DNA of 54,101 nucleotides, filler included, from Ionaspis alba (lineage: Eukaryota), in NCBI GenBank assembly GCA_964255285.1. It is 3 parts of 3 records of this genome, joined end to end, with 100 filler letters (N's around TTAATTAATTAA, not from the genome) between each part and the next. Parts side by side here need not be neighbours in the genome. Positions count along the whole stretch, not along the records: positions 36,138 to 54,101 come from CAXUUL010000304.1; 2 more parts are not named here. The stretch is one strand, 5' to 3'. Shown here one piece after another: positions 49,691-54,101 of the stretch. Below the pieces are notes generated by a model, which was not told where the DNA came from, made no database searches, and saw only the letters and a list, made by a program, of their open reading frames with translations. Position 1 is the first letter of the stretch. Each line of letters starts with the position of its first letter. The translations under genes and the position numbers were made by a program.

Positions 49691-50800
49691 GCGTGCGTGC
49701 AAGCTCGTTGTGGCTAATTCGATTACTGTTGGTTGGCAAGCACTATATGTCCTAGAACTGCAATGAAGGAGATTAGTTATGCAAATGAAATTCACAATCA
49801 GCGATTGCCTTGTGAGTACAACATGGTCTCTTTCAGAATGTCGGTAGCCTAATCCCCTTGTAATTCGCTCGGGATCTCAGGATTTTGAGATGGGCTGCAA
49901 ACAAGATACCTACACTGGAATCAAGTAGCGGCTCAAGATTAGCTGGGCTATCCCCTATCCTCAATACAGACTATGGAATTGCCGCTGCCAAAGCTTCTGC
50001 TACTTTCAATGACCTAGGTATGAATCAAGCTGCTTGCCACCAATATACAGACCGAAAGGACACTTTCCAAGCAGCATCAGACTCTTTCAATTTCTTCCAT
50101 AACTTGCTGCAACCATTTTGCTGGCCAAGGAACTGGGGTCGAAAGCGGCAACGAAAGTCAGATCTTGCCCCTTCTGGGTGAAGCTCATTCCTGAAGAAAG
50201 GTGGATTCAGTCGAGTGGCTCAGACCACAACACTGAAACTCATATTGGATTGAACTAATAGATAACAATGTCTCCCTGGTGTGAGCACTGAGAGTAGCGT
50301 AGTCCACTTACACTCGTCCTAGAACGCACAATGTTGTAGGTCTCCCTATCATAGTTTTCACGAGGTGTCTTTTCGCCTACAAACAAATAGCAACCATGCT
50401 TGGCCTCTTTCCGTCTCGGATATGCTTGAGCTAGCACCACCGAAGGAAAACGCACAACCAGAACTTAGCTTTGCAATCATTAGTTCAAACATTGACTGGC
50501 TATAACACGTCATCAAATTTGAAATATGGTACGACGCCCCTTCGCATTTGCGTCACGGTGCTGGAAAAAACCCAGTTTGGGAAGAAAAAACCAGCACCAA
50601 GGGATAGAAGAAAAGAACTACAGCCAATCAACAGAACTAGGTGGCACTGATCATCCAGTCAAGGAGCTCAACCAATGGAGCACAAATAGAGATGACGCCA
50701 AAAACGTTTCTCCACTCATATATGACGAGCTGCAAGCTGATCCAAGCGTGGACACGCTTGCTCCGGTCACGATAGGACTATCAAGGGCCATGGGGACCAG

Positions 50801-52062
<1,262 letters not shown>

Positions 52063-52065
52063 GTT

Positions 52066-52640
52066 TTACCGCTGCAGCAGAGAATTTTACGCTCAACTTC
52101 TATTGGCCCGCAAAATATGACTGATTGGCCTTCCCTAGCTTCCGCATTCGCATAGATTAGCAGAGGAGAAATAGAGTTGATTGGATAAAGTCATACCTTA
52201 CACAAGCCGATCTTTGATGAGGTCAGCGTCACGGCAGCCCGGTAATTCTGCGGTAACTTCAAATCTGTCCTTCGTGTATGAGCTTCGTCGAGGTACACCA
52301 GACACTGGTCCATTTGCTTCGCCGAAGAGGAAATCATTAGCGATTCTGTGATGCCGTCGGGGCTTAAGACCGTCAGATTGTTCAAATTATCGAAGAGTTC
52401 GGCCACCTATGTTTCTGAGTCCGGACCGTGCAAGAGCCATATACGTGCATTCTTTCATTCCAATACTTGAGCTCCCACACCGAGAATGACGCGCACGGGT
52501 GGCTCTGACCTGATAGCAATTCGCAGTAAAGAGTGCATCGAGGCTTTCCCTTCCGGACTCCTGTATGGCATATTTAAAAGGCTTGAGGGCCTAATAGACC
52601 GTCGAGCACTGCAGCGTTCGTATAGAGTCTCGCTTGAATC
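52066..52640 (-). pseudogene. Degraded internal fragment of a DUF3638/DUF3645-type giant fungal protein
   Basis: TNAAVLDGLL, VILGVGAQVLE*, CLVYLDEAHTRRTDLKLPQNYRAAVTL and MRMRKLG/GQSVIFCGPIEV occur in shifting frames with stops. Confidence 0.7.
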
Positions 52641-53585
52641 GAGAGAGCCACCAGGCACAGAAAAAGTTGAGATCTTCTAGTTGCTGGAGCCGAAAGACCG
52701 ATCAGAAAAACTTTCAGTCTATACCATGATTGGTATTCTTACTGTGTGGGATCGACGATAGGTAAGCCGAAAGTTTTATTATCCCAAATCAACAGACTAG
52801 CTGCTGCAAAGGCTCGACAAATATGGTCACATCGCCCGTCTTCATGCAATAATCATTCGGCCATCCACTATTTTTTTAAGAGAAAACATCTGCGTGCTCG
52901 GTCAGGCGACAGAGCGGCAGCTCACATCACAAACCTCGCATCTACCCCATCCTAGAATGAGATCTACCCTCATGGTTGGATTTTAGCGATACCTACGCCC
53001 CGACCGGACGGACTTTGTTACAGTTTGGAAATTCTAAACCGCTCTTCACTTTGAAAAGAACAGGACTCTATGAATGAGTAGATTAGCCAAGTTGTCATAT
53101 CGCCATGCTTTCTAGGCGATTTTCGATCGATTTCGTGAAAGCTATCTCTTGCATACATGCCTAAGCTTTTGTGAGGATACGACGGTCGTGCGAGGTACCT
53201 CCGCCAGACAAGACAGAAGATTCAGCCCAATCAAAAATAGCTCGGGAAGCTAGTCTGTTTGCAATTGATCCAAGGTAGTATGTGCAGACTGGAAGACCCG
53301 GCTTGAGTTATTGGTTATTATTAAATTGCAGGGTCGTGCGCAGTCGCCTGACTGGCATCCAGCCGCGATAGACTTGACCAGCGAAGAAAGGAATCCGCTC
53401 CAACAGGACCAGTACAGCGGGTTTTCCCTTGTTTACCCCGCTTTGTCTCTCCTCTGTCCTCTCCAGGATGTTGGAGTATAAGTAAGTACGAAAGGATCAG
53501 CTGTGTTTGTTGGTATTCCACTTCGATTGTTCAAGTCCACAACTTTGAATCCCGTCGTTTTTTAACAGCGCATCCAAACTCCAAA

Positions 53586-53862
53586 ATGCATTTCGCCTTC
53601 ACCCTACCCCTGATTGCCCTTCTAGTTGCCTTCGCAGCTGCCGCCCCTGGGACAGAATCTAGCAAGATGCTCATAGCATGCACTTGCGCAGGTGGTAACT
53701 CTAATAGATGCTGTAACCAAGGGTATTTCGCAGTGAGTGGTGCTTTCACAATACAAATAACAGGGAAAGCTAACAATCGTCGTTGAGTGTTATCCCCCAG
53801 GCGGTGGACCTTGGGTTTGTATTCCTTGTGGAAGCGTCTGTGCTTATCCTGCCTGCGCGTAA
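53586..53862 (+). CDS. Small secreted cysteine-rich peptide, one intron
   Basis: Signal MHFAFTLPLIALLVAFAAAAP, then CTC..RCC..FA|GTGAGT..GCTAAC..GAG|CYPPGGGPWVCIPCGSVCAYPACA*. Confidence 0.65.
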
Positions 53863-54101
53863 GAGAGGACTCTTCCCTGTTCACAAATCAGAGTTGACGC
53901 ATGAGTTGATAGTTGAGCGATATATTAAAGAACATTGTCGCCTCTGGAATTGTGTGACTGAGAAGATCGATCACGCAAGAAAGATGTGGTACAATTTATA
54001 TTTGATTTCAAGGTATCGGCAGTGTTTCTTTGATTTAGGTATCAGCGCGAAAAAGAGTAGGATGAGTGTTTTCTTCCATTCTGAAAGAGAGATATAGCCA
54101 T

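Overview
Gene-dense, intron-containing DNA from a filamentous ascomycete (Pezizomycotina: GT..CTRAC..YAG introns, typical fungal orthologues). About 22 genes can be read. Housekeeping genes: a cytochrome b2-type FMN dehydrogenase, a DUF202 protein, PFK-2/FBPase-2, RNase H1, an amino-acid permease, GPI2, an MBOAT acyltransferase, RIX1, a YPP1/Rhf1-like TPR protein, a PhyH dioxygenase, RPL6, a sterol-desaturase-like protein, SFH1, RPL9, and a CYP504/phacA + fumarylacetoacetase pair. Accessory material lies between them: a frameshifted dynamin-like pseudogene, two divergent paralogues of an uncharacterised family, three small secreted Cys-rich genes (one interrupted by a single in-frame TAG), an intronless orphan, and a DUF3638-family remnant abutting a 5'-truncated MetAP2. 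Expression-level oddities include an SFH1 start codon created only by splicing (AT|G; the unspliced RNA reads ATG-TGA) and an AUG-less, presequence-like extension upstream of RNase H1. The five N gaps are assembly artefacts: three have 55-bp duplicated flanks and two contain a TTAATTAATTAA linker. No rRNA, tRNA, CRISPR or intact transposon was recognised. All family calls come from motif recognition, not database searches.
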